Of a stretch of 64,000 bases of DNA, positions 52,932-63,096 are shown piece after piece. A program made the translations under genes and the position numbers. The DNA is from an uncultured Actinomycetes bacterium (lineage in GTDB: Bacteria > Actinomycetota > Thermoleophilia > UBA2241). Below the pieces are notes generated by a model. The model was not told where the DNA came from. It searched no databases and saw nothing but the letters and a program-made list of their open reading frames with translations. How positions within the stretch are numbered: the stretch's first letter is position 1; each line of letters opens with the position of its first letter. Location of the stretch: positions 480,001 through 544,000 of the forward strand of contig CAVRZA010000002.1 in assembly GCA_963725665.1 (NCBI GenBank), read 5' to 3'.

Positions 52932-53974
52932 GCGAGCGTCGCGTCGCTGTTGGCGCGGGCGAGACCGTGAGCGGTCGCATCCTACTCAGTCATGGGAGCG
53001 GCGGCAGGCTGTACCGCGACCTGGTGCGCGACGTCTTCGTGGCGGCCTTCGCCAACCCGGTGCTCGATCGGCTCGACGACGCGGCCGTCCTCGCGACGGG
53101 CGGCCGCGTCGCCTTCACCACCGACGCCCACGTGGTCAGGCCACTGCGCTTTCCCGGCGGCGACATCGGTCGTCTCGCCGTGGCGGGCACCGTCAACGAC
53201 CTCGCCACCGCCGGCGCCCGCCCCCTCGCCCTGAGCGCCGCCTTCGTGATCGAGGAAGGGTTCGAGCTCGTCGATCTTGAGGCGGTCTGCGCCAGCATGG
53301 CGGCCACCGCCAGGGAGGCCGACGTGGCGATCGTCACCGGGGACACCAAGGTCGTCGAGCGGGGAGCGGCCGACGGCCTGTTCATCACCACGACCGGCAT
53401 AGGCGAGATCGTCGTCGAGCATGAGATCACGGCCGGCGCCGTGCGCGACGGCGACGTCGTCCTGTTGAGCGGCACCGTCGGCGATCACGCGCTGGCGGTC
53501 GTCGCTGCGCGCGACGAGTTCCATTTCACGGCCCCGATCGAGAGCGACTGCGCACCGCTCTGGGGGCTCGTGGCCGCCGCCTTGGAGGCCGGCGGGGAGG
53601 AGGTGCGCTTCGTGCGCGACCCTACGCGGGGTGGCCTGGCCGCGCTGCTCGCGGAGCTTGCCGAGACGGCCGGCGTCGGTGTCGACGTCGAGGAGGAGGC
53701 GATACCGGTCAGCGCGCCGGTGCGCTCGGCGTGCGCTCTGCTCGGCTACGACCCGCTCACGCTGGCCAACGAGGGGAAGATGGTGTTCGTCGTGGGGCCG
53801 CGGCGCGGCGAGGCGGTGCTGGGTGCGCTGCGCGGGCGCCCGGAGGGCGCCCGCGCAGCGCGCATCGGAGTCATCACCGCCGCGCACCCCGGGCGCGTAG
53901 CGCTGCGCACCGCCTTCGGCACCCGCAGGGTCCTCGACATGCCCGTGGGCGAGCTGCTCCCGCGCATCTGCTGA
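52928..53974 (+). CDS. hypE: hydrogenase maturation protein HypE
   Basis: HGSGG, FPGGDIG, GDTKVV, RDPTRGG and C-terminal PRIC. Confidence 0.96.
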   Translation: MSERRVAVGAGETVSGRILLSHGSGGRLYRDLVRDVFVAAFANPVLDRLDDAAVLATGGRVAFTTDAHVVRPLRFPGGDIGRLAVAGTVNDLATAGARPLALSAAFVIEEGFELVDLEAVCASMAATAREADVAIVTGDTKVVERGAADGLFITTTGIGEIVVEHEITAGAVRDGDVVLLSGTVGDHALAVVAARDEFHFTAPIESDCAPLWGLVAAALEAGGEEVRFVRDPTRGGLAALLAELAETAGVGVDVEEEAIPVSAPVRSACALLGYDPLTLANEGKMVFVVGPRRGEAVLGALRGRPEGARAARIGVITAAHPGRVALRTAFGTRRVLDMPVGELLPRIC

Positions 53975-54024
53975 CCCACGCCGGCTGACGCCACGCCGGC
54001 TGACCCCACACGCCGGCTGACCCC
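53971..54024. repeat. short tandem repeat CTGAC(n)CACGCCGG x3
   Basis: ctgacccacgccgg ctgacgccacgccgg ctgaccccacacgccgg ctgaccc. Confidence 0.7.
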
Positions 54025-54049
54025 CGCGCATCCGTCGGCCACTCGATCC

Positions 54050-54352
54050 GTGCGTATCGCCCTCGGCTGGACACCACCGGGTAAAGCCGGGCGCGTTCTC
54101 GCCGATAACGGGTGCGTGGCCTGGGACTACACAAGTTACGCGGACTACAAGCGCGCCCTGCAGGAGCTGCGCCGGACCGGGATCGCCCCCAAGGTCGTCT
54201 TGCCGTTCGCGGCACAGCCGGGCGATTCGGTCGTGATCGACGACAAGGAGTACGTTCTTCTCGCCGCGGTCACCGACGAGGGACCGGTCGCGGGGCCGAT
54301 CGAGCCCGAGGAGAGCGCGATCCTCGGTTACCTGGCGCGCAGAGTCAACTGA
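54050..54352 (+). CDS. hypothetical protein
   Basis: 100 aa ORF with typical codon bias. Confidence 0.6.
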   Translation: MRIALGWTPPGKAGRVLADNGCVAWDYTSYADYKRALQELRRTGIAPKVVLPFAAQPGDSVVIDDKEYVLLAAVTDEGPVAGPIEPEESAILGYLARRVN

Positions 54353-54389
54353 GGGAGCACACAGCGGCGCGGGCGGCGGGGGGCTGGTA

Positions 54390-55340
54390 TCAGCGCCCCG
54401 CCGCCCGCGCCTCAGCCTGTCGATAGACCATCAGCAGCTTCTCGGCGGCCACGTCGGCTCCGTGCCGCGTCGCGATCTCCCGTCCGGCGACCCTGGGGTC
54501 GCTCTGCTCGAGCAGCTCGCGTACGTGATCGGCCCAGCGCGCCGCGTCGAATGGGGCGCACAGGCACCCGTCGATCCCGGGCAGCACCTCGGCGGCGATG
54601 CCCACCGGGGTGCTCAGCACGGGCACGTCGCAGGCCAGCGCCTCGATGCAGGCGAGGCCGTAGCCCTCGCGCTCGGAGGTGACGATCACCGCGTCCGCGG
54701 CGTTGATCCACAGCGGGACCTCGTCGCGCGGCCTCCCGGTCAGCGCGCGCAGCTTCACCGGCACGGCGGCGGCGACGGCGGCGGCGCGCTCGTAGCGCTT
54801 CTCGGGCCGTGATGGGTCCGACGGGAACAGCAGAAAGCGCTCGGCCGGGTCGAGCCCGAGCCGGCGGCGGGCATCATCGCGCGGCGAGGGCTTGAAGAGT
54901 TCGACGTCGACGCCCGGCGGCACGACGGCCGTCACCGGGAAGGGACAGATGGCGGCGAGCTCGCGCGAGACGGCGACCGTGGCTGCCGCCCGGCGCGCGG
55001 CGAGGGCGGTCAGACGGCGCACGACGGGATGGTGGCAGTCGCGACCGTGCACCGTGAGGACGAGGGGCTGACGGCGAGGGAGCGCGAGGCAGACGAAGCC
55101 GCTCAGCCCGTAGTGAGCGTGAACGAGGTCGTGCGGGTGGCGGCGGCGCAGCGCCGCCGCCGCCCGCACGTACTGCCACGGGCGTCCGCGCGCGTCGAAG
55201 GCGAAGAGGTCGACGTCGACTGCCCCTGTGGCTCGAAGCGCCCGCACCTGGTCGCGCACGAAGCTGCCGAAGGCCGGTGTCTCGGGCGTCGGGTACATGT
55301 TGGTGACGATCAGGACGCGGAGGCGGCGCTTGGGATCCAT
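54390..55340 (-). CDS. GT4 glycosyltransferase
   Basis: VTNMYP, HAHY and EGYGLACIEALAC. Confidence 0.9.
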   Translation of the reverse strand: MDPKRRLRVLIVTNMYPTPETPAFGSFVRDQVRALRATGAVDVDLFAFDARGRPWQYVRAAAALRRRHPHDLVHAHYGLSGFVCLALPRRQPLVLTVHGRDCHHPVVRRLTALAARRAAATVAVSRELAAICPFPVTAVVPPGVDVELFKPSPRDDARRRLGLDPAERFLLFPSDPSRPEKRYERAAAVAAAVPVKLRALTGRPRDEVPLWINAADAVIVTSEREGYGLACIEALACDVPVLSTPVGIAAEVLPGIDGCLCAPFDAARWADHVRELLEQSDPRVAGREIATRHGADVAAEKLLMVYRQAEARAAGR

Positions 55341-55434
55341 GAGGGGAACCTACCGCCTCACTGTGACAGGGGCAAGGAGGCGTCTCGGCCCCGACGTGCG
55401 CGTCTGTCGAGGCCGCCGGGGGCCTCCTGCACCT

Positions 55435-55875
55435 TCAGCTCGTTAGCGTTCTCTTCCACATGCGCACGACGGTGCCTCCGCTGCCCGAGCGCACTTGGAC
55501 GTCGTCCATGAGGTGGTAGATGAGGAAGAGCCCGCGGCCGCGGGGGCACAGGGGGTCGGGAGCCCGGTCGGGTCTGATGCGCCCGGCGTCGAACCCGCGC
55601 CCGTGGTCGCGTACCTCGACATACACCCGGTGGTCGCCGCAGGACGCGGTCACCCGGATGCCACCGCTGCCGTCCCCGCTGTGGACGATGACGTTGTTGC
55701 AGGCTTCCTGGGTCGAGAGCACGATGTCGTCGGCGATCCCCTGCGGGACGGACTGGCGCGTAAGGAGCGCTCGCAGCGAGTGTCGCAAGGTGCCGACTTG
55801 GCTCTTCTCCAGCGGAAGGACTACGGTGAGGTCGGTAGCCGTCTTACCGTCCCGGTTTGCTGCATCGTGCTCCAC
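55435..55875 (-). CDS. RsbW-like anti-sigma factor / HATPase_c_2 protein
   Basis: EACNNVIVH, DHGRGF and RGRGLFLI. Confidence 0.85.
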   Translation of the reverse strand: MEHDAANRDGKTATDLTVVLPLEKSQVGTLRHSLRALLTRQSVPQGIADDIVLSTQEACNNVIVHSGDGSGGIRVTASCGDHRVYVEVRDHGRGFDAGRIRPDRAPDPLCPRGRGLFLIYHLMDDVQVRSGSGGTVVRMWKRTLTS

Positions 55876-56168
55876 GCTGCGTTGCCGTCCCCCAAGCTTC
55901 TCGGTGGACCGCCCGAGCCCACCGCACTTCTCGTCCTTACTATCGGCCCATTCGACGGTGAAAAGGAGACTCCTCGCCGTTGCACGTTGACAGAGGCGGC
56001 AACGCCGTCGATGTCCAGTCTGCTTTGACGCTCACAAGGCGGCGGTGACATCGCCAGCAATCAGGGCAGCGCATCGGCGGGGGATCGGGAGGCGTACCTT
56101 GCCAGATAGTGGCGAGGCCAATTGGAGAGATCGGCGAGGGCAGCGGTGAGAACAAGACGGACTGGGGG

Positions 56169-56244
56169 TGGAGCCCACTCGCGGATTCGAACCGCGGACC
56201 CCCTCCTTACCATGGAGGTGCTCTGCCGGCTGAGCTAAGTGGGC
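56169..56244 (-). tRNA. tRNA-Thr(GGT)
   Basis: cloverleaf with GGT anticodon and CCA. Confidence 0.96.
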
Positions 56245-56250
56245 GCGCTA

Positions 56251-56335
56251 TGGTGGGGGAGCTAGGATTCGAACCTAGGTAGGCTGCGCCAACGGATTTA
56301 CAGTCCGCCCCCTTTAGCCACTCGGGCACTCCCCC
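56251..56335 (-). tRNA. tRNA-Tyr(GTA)
   Basis: 85-nt cloverleaf with long variable arm, loop CT-GTA-AA. Confidence 0.96.
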
Positions 56336-56400
56336 GGAGGCGAAGGCTATGGTAGTCGAAAACCTCTCGGCCTTTCAACCAAAACGCGGCTTCGGAGGGA

Positions 56401-56527
56401 GAAAACGACGGCGGCCGCCCGGGGGCGGCCGCCGTCTCCCAAAAAGGGTGCCGCCGGAGGGGGACCGGCGGCTGGGGGGCTGTGGTGCATTCAGGTAGGG
56501 GGAACCTGAATCCTCAGCTTGTGATGA
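56401..56527 (-). ncRNA. candidate sRNA with two UCCCCCU-loop hairpins (6C-like)
   Basis: extended -10 TGCTATAAT and TTGACG upstream; two 8-bp stems with identical loops; terminator hairpin 56407-56436. Confidence 0.6.
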
Positions 56528-56754
56528 CGCGCACATTATAGCACAGAAGACAACGCGTCAAGAGGCAATCGTGCCTGACTGGCCGCGGTGGCGGTGGACA
56601 TAATGGTACGTCGAGGCGCTGTCGTCGTTGCCGCTACTCAACCTGCTGGCGAACGTCGCGCACGCTCGATCGGGGACCGCGGGCGACCTCGCGGCGTGTT
56701 TGAGGCACAGCGTTGAGGCACAGCGCCGCGCTCTGCTACACTACGCTTCCGGTC

Positions 56755-56831
56755 GGCGGCGTAGCTCAGTTGGTCAGAGCAGCGGAATCATAATCCGCGT
56801 GTCGCAGGTTCGAGTCCTGCCGCCGCTACCA
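56755..56831 (+). tRNA. tRNA-Met(CAT), elongator-type
   Basis: cloverleaf with CAT anticodon, paired 1:72, CCA. Confidence 0.94.
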
Positions 56832-57084
56832 GCTCTTGCAGGACTCCCTTTTCAGGCGTCGGCCCCGTGAGACGCCGCAGGTGTCCCAGTAGGTGACAAT
56901 CTCATCAGGGCGTTCATGCGTTCGGCCATGCGCTCCTTCTCATCCATCCCCCAGCGTACGCAGGTGCGCGGGGTGAAGCCGGGGAGAGCCGCGCGGCCGG
57001 ATCCGGCCCCAGAGAACGCAGACCGCCCCCTGAGCCCACAGGGCCGGCCGTGCTACTATTGGGCTAGCGAGTTGGAGGGGAGCC

Positions 57085-57357
57085 ATGGACGGCGGAATCC
57101 CGGATGATGTGCTGGACGTTATGTGGCTCGAGGTTGAGAGGAACAGCGACTCGGGGCGCCGCTTCCACACAGTGTGGGGGGCATACCGCGAGCGCCGTGA
57201 CACACCCCAGGAGCCCCTGTTCATGTCGAGGCTGAGTCAATTGTGGTTCCAGGCGAAGCCCAAGGGGACGCCAAGCTCGCTCACCCGCGCACAGCTTGAG
57301 GCGCTCGAACGATGTGAGCAGGGAGAGCCCTACGGCGAGTCTCAAGAGGGCCACTAA
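57085..57357 (+). CDS. hypothetical protein (islet cargo)
   Basis: GGAGGGGAG RBS, 90 aa. Confidence 0.5.
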   Translation: MDGGIPDDVLDVMWLEVERNSDSGRRFHTVWGAYRERRDTPQEPLFMSRLSQLWFQAKPKGTPSSLTRAQLEALERCEQGEPYGESQEGH

Positions 57358-57814
57358 GGGCGGGAGCAGTAGGGGCGCGACTGTTTGCCCGAGCCTCCTC
57401 GCCAGCATAGCCGGCTCCGGTCGGGTAGAACGCGAACGGCTGGCCTGCCACTTGCCCTCCTGTTGTTCTCCTGGTCGTGTGAGACGGTTACAGCAGGCCG
57501 TATCGCAGGGGAAACAGACGAAGCACGGTACGCCCCCCCGCCGTGCTCGAATGGCCGCCGAGGTGCCATGGCTCGGTGGCCTCTCTGCGTGTGGAGGGGA
57601 GAGGGGGGCGACTGGGTACCCGAGCGTCAGCGCCAGCGTAGCCCCGCACCACTTTAGCGGCTCGCGAGCGCGTGAAGGAAGGAAGGCCGTACGGGAGCAC
57701 GGCGGTTGACGGTTCGGCCTGAGAGGACGCTGGAAGAAGCGTAGGCGGTTCGCGGTTGAGGTTGCGGGGCAATAGTGACGCCGAGGGTTGCTAGCGGCTG
57801 CCAAGGAAGGGCCG

Positions 57815-58000
57815 ATGCACGTCGCCTGGTACTACTGGATCTTGATTCTCATCCTCGCGCTGGTGTTCGCGTGGATCTGCGCAGCGATAGCCGACATCAA
57901 GAACTACAGCGGCCTGGGCTTTGGCATCCTGGGCTTCTTCTCCTTCATCATCATCTTCATCATCACATACAACGTCGTCCTCGCCCTGCCCACGAACTGA
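57815..58000 (+). CDS. small two-TM membrane protein (islet cargo)
   Basis: 61 aa, two hydrophobic segments, AAGGAAGG RBS. Confidence 0.6.
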   Translation: MHVAWYYWILILILALVFAWICAAIADIKNYSGLGFGILGFFSFIIIFIITYNVVLALPTN

Positions 58001-58679
58001 GGGGTCGCGGCCGGCGCGGTGAAGTCTTCTGCGAGAAGGGGCGCGCCGGCCAACCGTTGTGGCGCCGCGCCAGTGCCTGCAGGAAGCCCGCGGGAGCGCG
58101 CGGCGGTTGACGTTGGGGGGATGGAGCCACGAGGGGCGTTCGGCCGTGGCAGGACAAGAATAGGTGTCACGCTAGGTGACAATCGTTCGTCACCGCCCGT
58201 GTTTGCGCCGTCACGGCGTCGGGCGGAAATGACGAATAGCAGGTGAAAGTGACGGGGCGGAAAGCCTCTTATGGTAATCATGATCCGCGCGTCGCAGGTT
58301 CGAGTCCTGCCGCCGCCACCAGCTCTGTTTCGGCTCCTGATTGCGCTGGGAGTGAGTGCGAGCTCCGCTAGCCCCGAGGTCGGCATGCGTCTCCCCATCG
58401 GTCTGCGCGCGGGCCGTGACTGAAGGGTCGACCAGGGCGATCGTCGTCGGCATGTCCGGTGCGACCGGCCTCGCCGTCGCGCGTGCGCTTGCCCAGGCCG
58501 GCGTGGAGTGCCACGTTCCTCCTCTCGCTGGCGGCCTCCGATCTGGGCGGCGATCCGGCGTCGCTGTTCGTGCCGAAGAAGTGAGGAGCCACCCGCTGTA
58601 CGTCGCCCACGAGGTCGCGGTGACGCACCCGGGCAGCCGCCGCATCGGCGAGCCGCTCGCAGGGGTGACGTAGGCCGGG

Positions 58680-59606
58680 ATGGCGATGGCCGGTCGATCC
58701 CAAGCGGGTCTCACGAGGCGGGAGTTCGTTGTGGGGGGCGGCGTCGCGATGGGCGCCGCTCTCGGCGGCACGCTCGTCGCCCTGCGCATGTCGCCGCGCG
58801 AAGCCGTCGTCCGCGTGCTCGCCGCACTCGAGCTGGGGGGCAGCGTGCCGGCGCCCTCGGGAAGCAGGATCGTCTACGCGAAGTTCTCGTCAGGAGTCCT
58901 GCGACGGGACGTCACCTACGCGGTGGCGGTCCCGCCGGGCAGCGACATCGGGGAGCCGCTCCCGCTGGCGGTCTGTCTCCCCGGCCGCGGGGGCGACGCG
59001 CGAAGCATCTTTGGCTCCGGCATGTACTTCGCTGATTTCGTCGCCGAGGGCATCAGAGAGAGGCACCTCCCGGCCTTCGCCATGGCTGCCGTCGACGGCG
59101 GCGAGTCCTACTGGCACCGACGTGCATCGGGGGAGGACAGGATGTCGATGCTCCTGTACGAGCTCCTGCCCCTTCTACGCCGTAGGTACAGGCTCGGCGC
59201 GGGTGGTCAGAAGACCGCCATCGCGGGCTGGTCGATGGGAGGCTACGGCGCTCTGCTCGCCGCCGAGCGCCGGCCCGACATCTTTTGCGCCGTCTGCGCG
59301 GCGAGCCCGGCCATCTGGACCTCGTACGCGGCCATGATGCGCGGACCGCGCGACGCCTTCGACAGCGCGGCCGATTTCGCCGCCAACGATGTCTTCGCCG
59401 GTATACCTCGTCTGCGGCACACCGCCGTCCGTGTCGACTGCGGCACGGCCGATCCCTTCTACCCGTACGTGCGTGAGTTCGTCGCCGCTATCCCGTGGCA
59501 CGTGGCGGGTGGCTTTGCCACCGGCGGGCACAACCCGGGCTACTGGCGGCGGGTCGCGCCCAAGCAGGTGGACTTCCTGGCGCGCCGTCTCGCGGGAACC
59601 GCCTGA
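58680..59606 (+). CDS. Tat-exported esterase (alpha/beta hydrolase, esterase family)
   Basis: TRREF Tat motif, GWSMGG, DCGTADPF and GGH. Confidence 0.85.
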   Translation: MAMAGRSQAGLTRREFVVGGGVAMGAALGGTLVALRMSPREAVVRVLAALELGGSVPAPSGSRIVYAKFSSGVLRRDVTYAVAVPPGSDIGEPLPLAVCLPGRGGDARSIFGSGMYFADFVAEGIRERHLPAFAMAAVDGGESYWHRRASGEDRMSMLLYELLPLLRRRYRLGAGGQKTAIAGWSMGGYGALLAAERRPDIFCAVCAASPAIWTSYAAMMRGPRDAFDSAADFAANDVFAGIPRLRHTAVRVDCGTADPFYPYVREFVAAIPWHVAGGFATGGHNPGYWRRVAPKQVDFLARRLAGTA

Positions 59607-59671
59607 TCCTGTGTCAGGGACGTCCCCGTGGCGGTCGGGTCGCGCAGACCGGTGGCGCGAGGTGGGCTGGG

Positions 59672-60379
59672 CTAGCGGCTCGCCAGACCGCCGGCCGTCT
59701 CGCCGCCGTCCATGACGATGGCACTGCCCGTCATGTAGGCGGCCTCATCGGAGCAGAGGAAGGCGAAGAGGGCCGCCATCTCCTCGGGCCGCGCTTGGCG
59801 CCGCAGGGGGAGCTTCTCGATGACGGCGGTGACCATCTCGGGCGTGTACTCCGCCTCCTGCATCGGCGTGAGCACGTAGCCCGGGCAAACCGCGTTCACG
59901 CGCACCCACGGCGCCCACTCGAGAGCCATGGTGCGCGTGAGGGCGAGCACGGCCGCCTTGGTTGCGTTGTAGTCACCGTAGAAAGGGTGGCCGACGAGCG
60001 CGTTCGTCGATGAGACGTTGAGGATCACCCCGCCGCGCTCCACCATGCTGCGCGCCGCCGTCTGGGCCACGTTGAAGACGCCGGTGAGGTTGGTGGCGAT
60101 GACCTGGTCCCACTCCGCGGGCGTCGTATCGAGCAGGCGATGCCGGTAGCTGATGCCGGCGTTGTTGATGACGATGTCGACCGGGTCGATCTCGGCGAAC
60201 GCCGCCTTGACCTGGTCTAAGTCGCCGACGTCGACGCGGTACTCGCCGGGGCCGTCGCCGGCGTGCCGGGCGAACACGACGACGTCGCTGCCCTCTGCGC
60301 GGAAGCGCTCGACCGTGGCGAGGCCGATGCCGCTCGTGCCGCCGGTGACGAGCACACGCTTGTTTGCCAGGCCGAGCAC
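59672..60379 (-). CDS. short-chain dehydrogenase/reductase
   Basis: TGGTSGIG, NNAG, YNATK and VNAVCPG; leaderless after TAGAAT. Confidence 0.92.
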   Translation of the reverse strand: MLGLANKRVLVTGGTSGIGLATVERFRAEGSDVVVFARHAGDGPGEYRVDVGDLDQVKAAFAEIDPVDIVINNAGISYRHRLLDTTPAEWDQVIATNLTGVFNVAQTAARSMVERGGVILNVSSTNALVGHPFYGDYNATKAAVLALTRTMALEWAPWVRVNAVCPGYVLTPMQEAEYTPEMVTAVIEKLPLRRQARPEEMAALFAFLCSDEAAYMTGSAIVMDGGETAGGLASR

Positions 60380-60560
60380 GTGGGCGATTCTATCAGGGCC
60401 GGTGAGGCTCGACGGCGATGACGATCGGGTCCGGCCCCGGCCCTGGGCGAATCGAGGAGGCTTTGTGCGCGGGGACGATGCGAGTGCGGCAGGCGGCGCG
60501 GAGCCGAGGGTCGCGGGGGCGGCGTCTGCGCGCGGGGCGGCCCCACGGGGGGAGGACGTC

Positions 60561-61031
60561 GTGCGCGTAGGCGTTATCTCCGACACGCACGGGCAGCTCA
60601 GCGACGAGGTTCCTGGGCTCTTCGCGGGAGTCGACCGCATCGTGCACGCCGGCGACGTCGGCGACGAGCGCGTGCTTCAGAGGCTCGCGCTCGTCGCCCC
60701 CGTCACCGCCGTGCACGGCAACATGGACGCCGGCCTGCCCGCGGCCGACCTGCCCCTGGAGGCCGTGCTCGACGTGGGGCGCGTGCGCCTCCTCGTGGGT
60801 CACGTAAAGGAAGCGCTGTTACGCCGACACGACCCCTCGGGGGAGGGGATCGCGGTCGTCGTGACGGGGCACACACACCGCGCCCAGGTGGCAAACGAAG
60901 GTGGCGTCCTCTATCTGAACCCGGGGACGGCGAACCGTACCCGAGGCTTCGGACGGCCGGCGAGCGTGGCTCTCCTTGACATCGACGGCAGGGGGATCAG
61001 AGCGGAGATCGTGACGCTGAAGCGGTCCTGA
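60561..61031 (+). CDS. YfcE/MJ0936-family metallophosphoesterase
   Basis: SDTH, HAGD, GNMD, GHTH and NPG. Confidence 0.92.
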   Translation: MRVGVISDTHGQLSDEVPGLFAGVDRIVHAGDVGDERVLQRLALVAPVTAVHGNMDAGLPAADLPLEAVLDVGRVRLLVGHVKEALLRRHDPSGEGIAVVVTGHTHRAQVANEGGVLYLNPGTANRTRGFGRPASVALLDIDGRGIRAEIVTLKRS

Positions 61032-61037
61032 GGGAAA

Positions 61038-61114
<77 letters not shown>

Positions 61115-61322
61115 ACGCGGAGTCGTAGCGTACCCGAAAAGGGCTGCGGATGGTACAGACACCCGGGTGTTGTCAGGTCTGAATACAGTAGTCACGGGGC
61201 GGCTCGGCGGCAAACGGAGCTCCTCCTTGATTCGGCGCAACGCGCGGGGAGATACTGCGAGGATGGTAGGAGCGGCTCGGCCGCACGCCGGGACGCACGA
61301 GCCAAGGGAGAAGGGGGAGCCA

Positions 61323-63014
61323 GTGAATACCGCACGCAAGACCCTATTCTTCGTTGCCGTACTTCTGACGGTGCTGCTGCTCGCCGTCAGCGTCGCGGCG
61401 GCGCAACCCAAGCGAGTGTTGATCGTCGTCATGGACCAGATGCAGCCGGGGTACGCGCAGCAGTTCCACATGAAGAACGTGCTCTGGCTGCAGCATCATG
61501 GCGTGACGTTCCCGAACGCCTTTGTGGGCGACATGGCCTCCGAGACGGTTGTGAGTCACAACGTGATGGTCAGCGGCCAGTTCCCCAAGCACATGGGCTG
61601 GTCGGATGAGGCCTTCCGTGATGTGGGCAACGTGCTGGGGTTCGGGGCCGGCGCTATCGTGACCAGCGGTGATCTGGGCTTCGCGCAGTACGAGGCCCTG
61701 ATTCAGGCGGCCGGCGACTACCCGAAGCTCGGCGACTACTTGCGCGCCGCGTTCCCGGGCACGGTCGTCGCCAATGTGGGCCAGAAGGGCTACCAGGTCG
61801 AGTCTATGGCGGCCGAGAGTTCGGACTGGTACGTCCGCATGGGCAGCAAGGGCAATACCGCCGATCTGACCGCCCCCTTCAGCCCTTCCAGCGTGCCGTG
61901 GAGCGGCACGTATCGCGGGCCGTCCGGCAAGGTGCCCGACTACATCAAGAACGACCCGCGGTATCTTGTCAGTGTCGGCAACGCTTGGGACACCTACGGG
62001 ACGGAGTTGCAGTATCCCTCCTGGCTGTATTCGGAGGATGGGCGCTACGTGCCGAGTGAGTTCCAAGACCACCAGAGCGGTGACATCTGGGTGGCCGACG
62101 CCGCCACCGCCATCATGGAGCACGAGAACTGGTCGGGCCTGTGGGTCACTTTCAGCGCCATCGACAAGATCGGGCACATGTGGGGTGGCGGCGCGGTGGA
62201 CACGGTCGCCAACTACGGCTGGGACCCGAGCTCGATCTATGACTGGGTGCACATGCCCTTCGCGGCCAAGAACGCCGACGAGCAGCTCGGCAAGCTCATC
62301 GCCGAGCTCAAGAAACAACATCAGTTGAAGGACACGCTCATCGTGCTCACCGCAGACCACGGGTCCACGTACGGTGAGCACTTCTACGGCGATAAGACCC
62401 TCGGTGCCAGCGAGGACAACTGGGAGGCCGGCACCTGGTATCCAGGAAGCGCCACGCCGAGCACGAGCCCAGGCTCAGCGACCCTGCAGCCGCTGCTGGC
62501 CACCGGCAACGTCCTCTTCAGCTACCAGTCGACGGCCATGGAGACGTGGCTCATCGACCAGTCGTGGAAGATGAAGGTCGCGGCGGCGAAGGTCATGGCG
62601 AAGCTTCCGGGTGTCATCGCCACCTACGTGAAGAGTGAGGACAGCGACAGCTACGTTCTCCAGTGCACCAGGACGAGCACGCGCATGACCTGGGCCGAAA
62701 GGGCGTGGTGGCTGCGACACGGCCAGGAGCTAGTGGACACCATGGCCTGGGAGGGCTCGGCCGATGTGGTCGGGCTGCTCGCCGACCGCACGAGCTACGG
62801 CGCGTACGGTGATCACGGCGGCGCGCAGAAGGACGTACAGCGCATCCCGATGGCCTTCTACAGCCCGGGCATTCGGCATGCTGTGAGCTGCTCGCCTATT
62901 CGGCTCGTCGACATCATGCCGACGGTGCTCAAAGCCATGCGCATCCCGCTCACCGCGCCTGTCGACGGACGCGCATACAAGCTAGTCGTACACCACAGGC
63001 ATTGCCGCCACTGA
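61323..63014 (+). CDS. secreted alkaline-phosphatase-superfamily protein (phosphodiesterase-like)
   Basis: signal peptide, IVVMDQ, ETVVSH, DKIGH, TADHG and DHGG. Confidence 0.85.
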   Translation: MNTARKTLFFVAVLLTVLLLAVSVAAAQPKRVLIVVMDQMQPGYAQQFHMKNVLWLQHHGVTFPNAFVGDMASETVVSHNVMVSGQFPKHMGWSDEAFRDVGNVLGFGAGAIVTSGDLGFAQYEALIQAAGDYPKLGDYLRAAFPGTVVANVGQKGYQVESMAAESSDWYVRMGSKGNTADLTAPFSPSSVPWSGTYRGPSGKVPDYIKNDPRYLVSVGNAWDTYGTELQYPSWLYSEDGRYVPSEFQDHQSGDIWVADAATAIMEHENWSGLWVTFSAIDKIGHMWGGGAVDTVANYGWDPSSIYDWVHMPFAAKNADEQLGKLIAELKKQHQLKDTLIVLTADHGSTYGEHFYGDKTLGASEDNWEAGTWYPGSATPSTSPGSATLQPLLATGNVLFSYQSTAMETWLIDQSWKMKVAAAKVMAKLPGVIATYVKSEDSDSYVLQCTRTSTRMTWAERAWWLRHGQELVDTMAWEGSADVVGLLADRTSYGAYGDHGGAQKDVQRIPMAFYSPGIRHAVSCSPIRLVDIMPTVLKAMRIPLTAPVDGRAYKLVVHHRHCRH

Positions 63015-63096
63015 CAACCGCGACCAGGAGGGGCCGGGGGCGCCGACAGGCGCCCGCGGCCCCCTTTACGTCGTGCAACGTATCCGGGTGAGTCGG

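Larger units (their letters stand above)
56786..58326. mobile_element. tRNA-Met-integrated mini-island bounded by 51-bp att direct repeats
   Basis: 56786-56836 is repeated at 58276-58326 with 3 mismatches; no integrase inside. Confidence 0.85.

Noticed and set aside
53971-54024. CRISPR array
   Set aside because: The units are 14-17 bp tandem repeats without spacers, and there are no cas genes in the window
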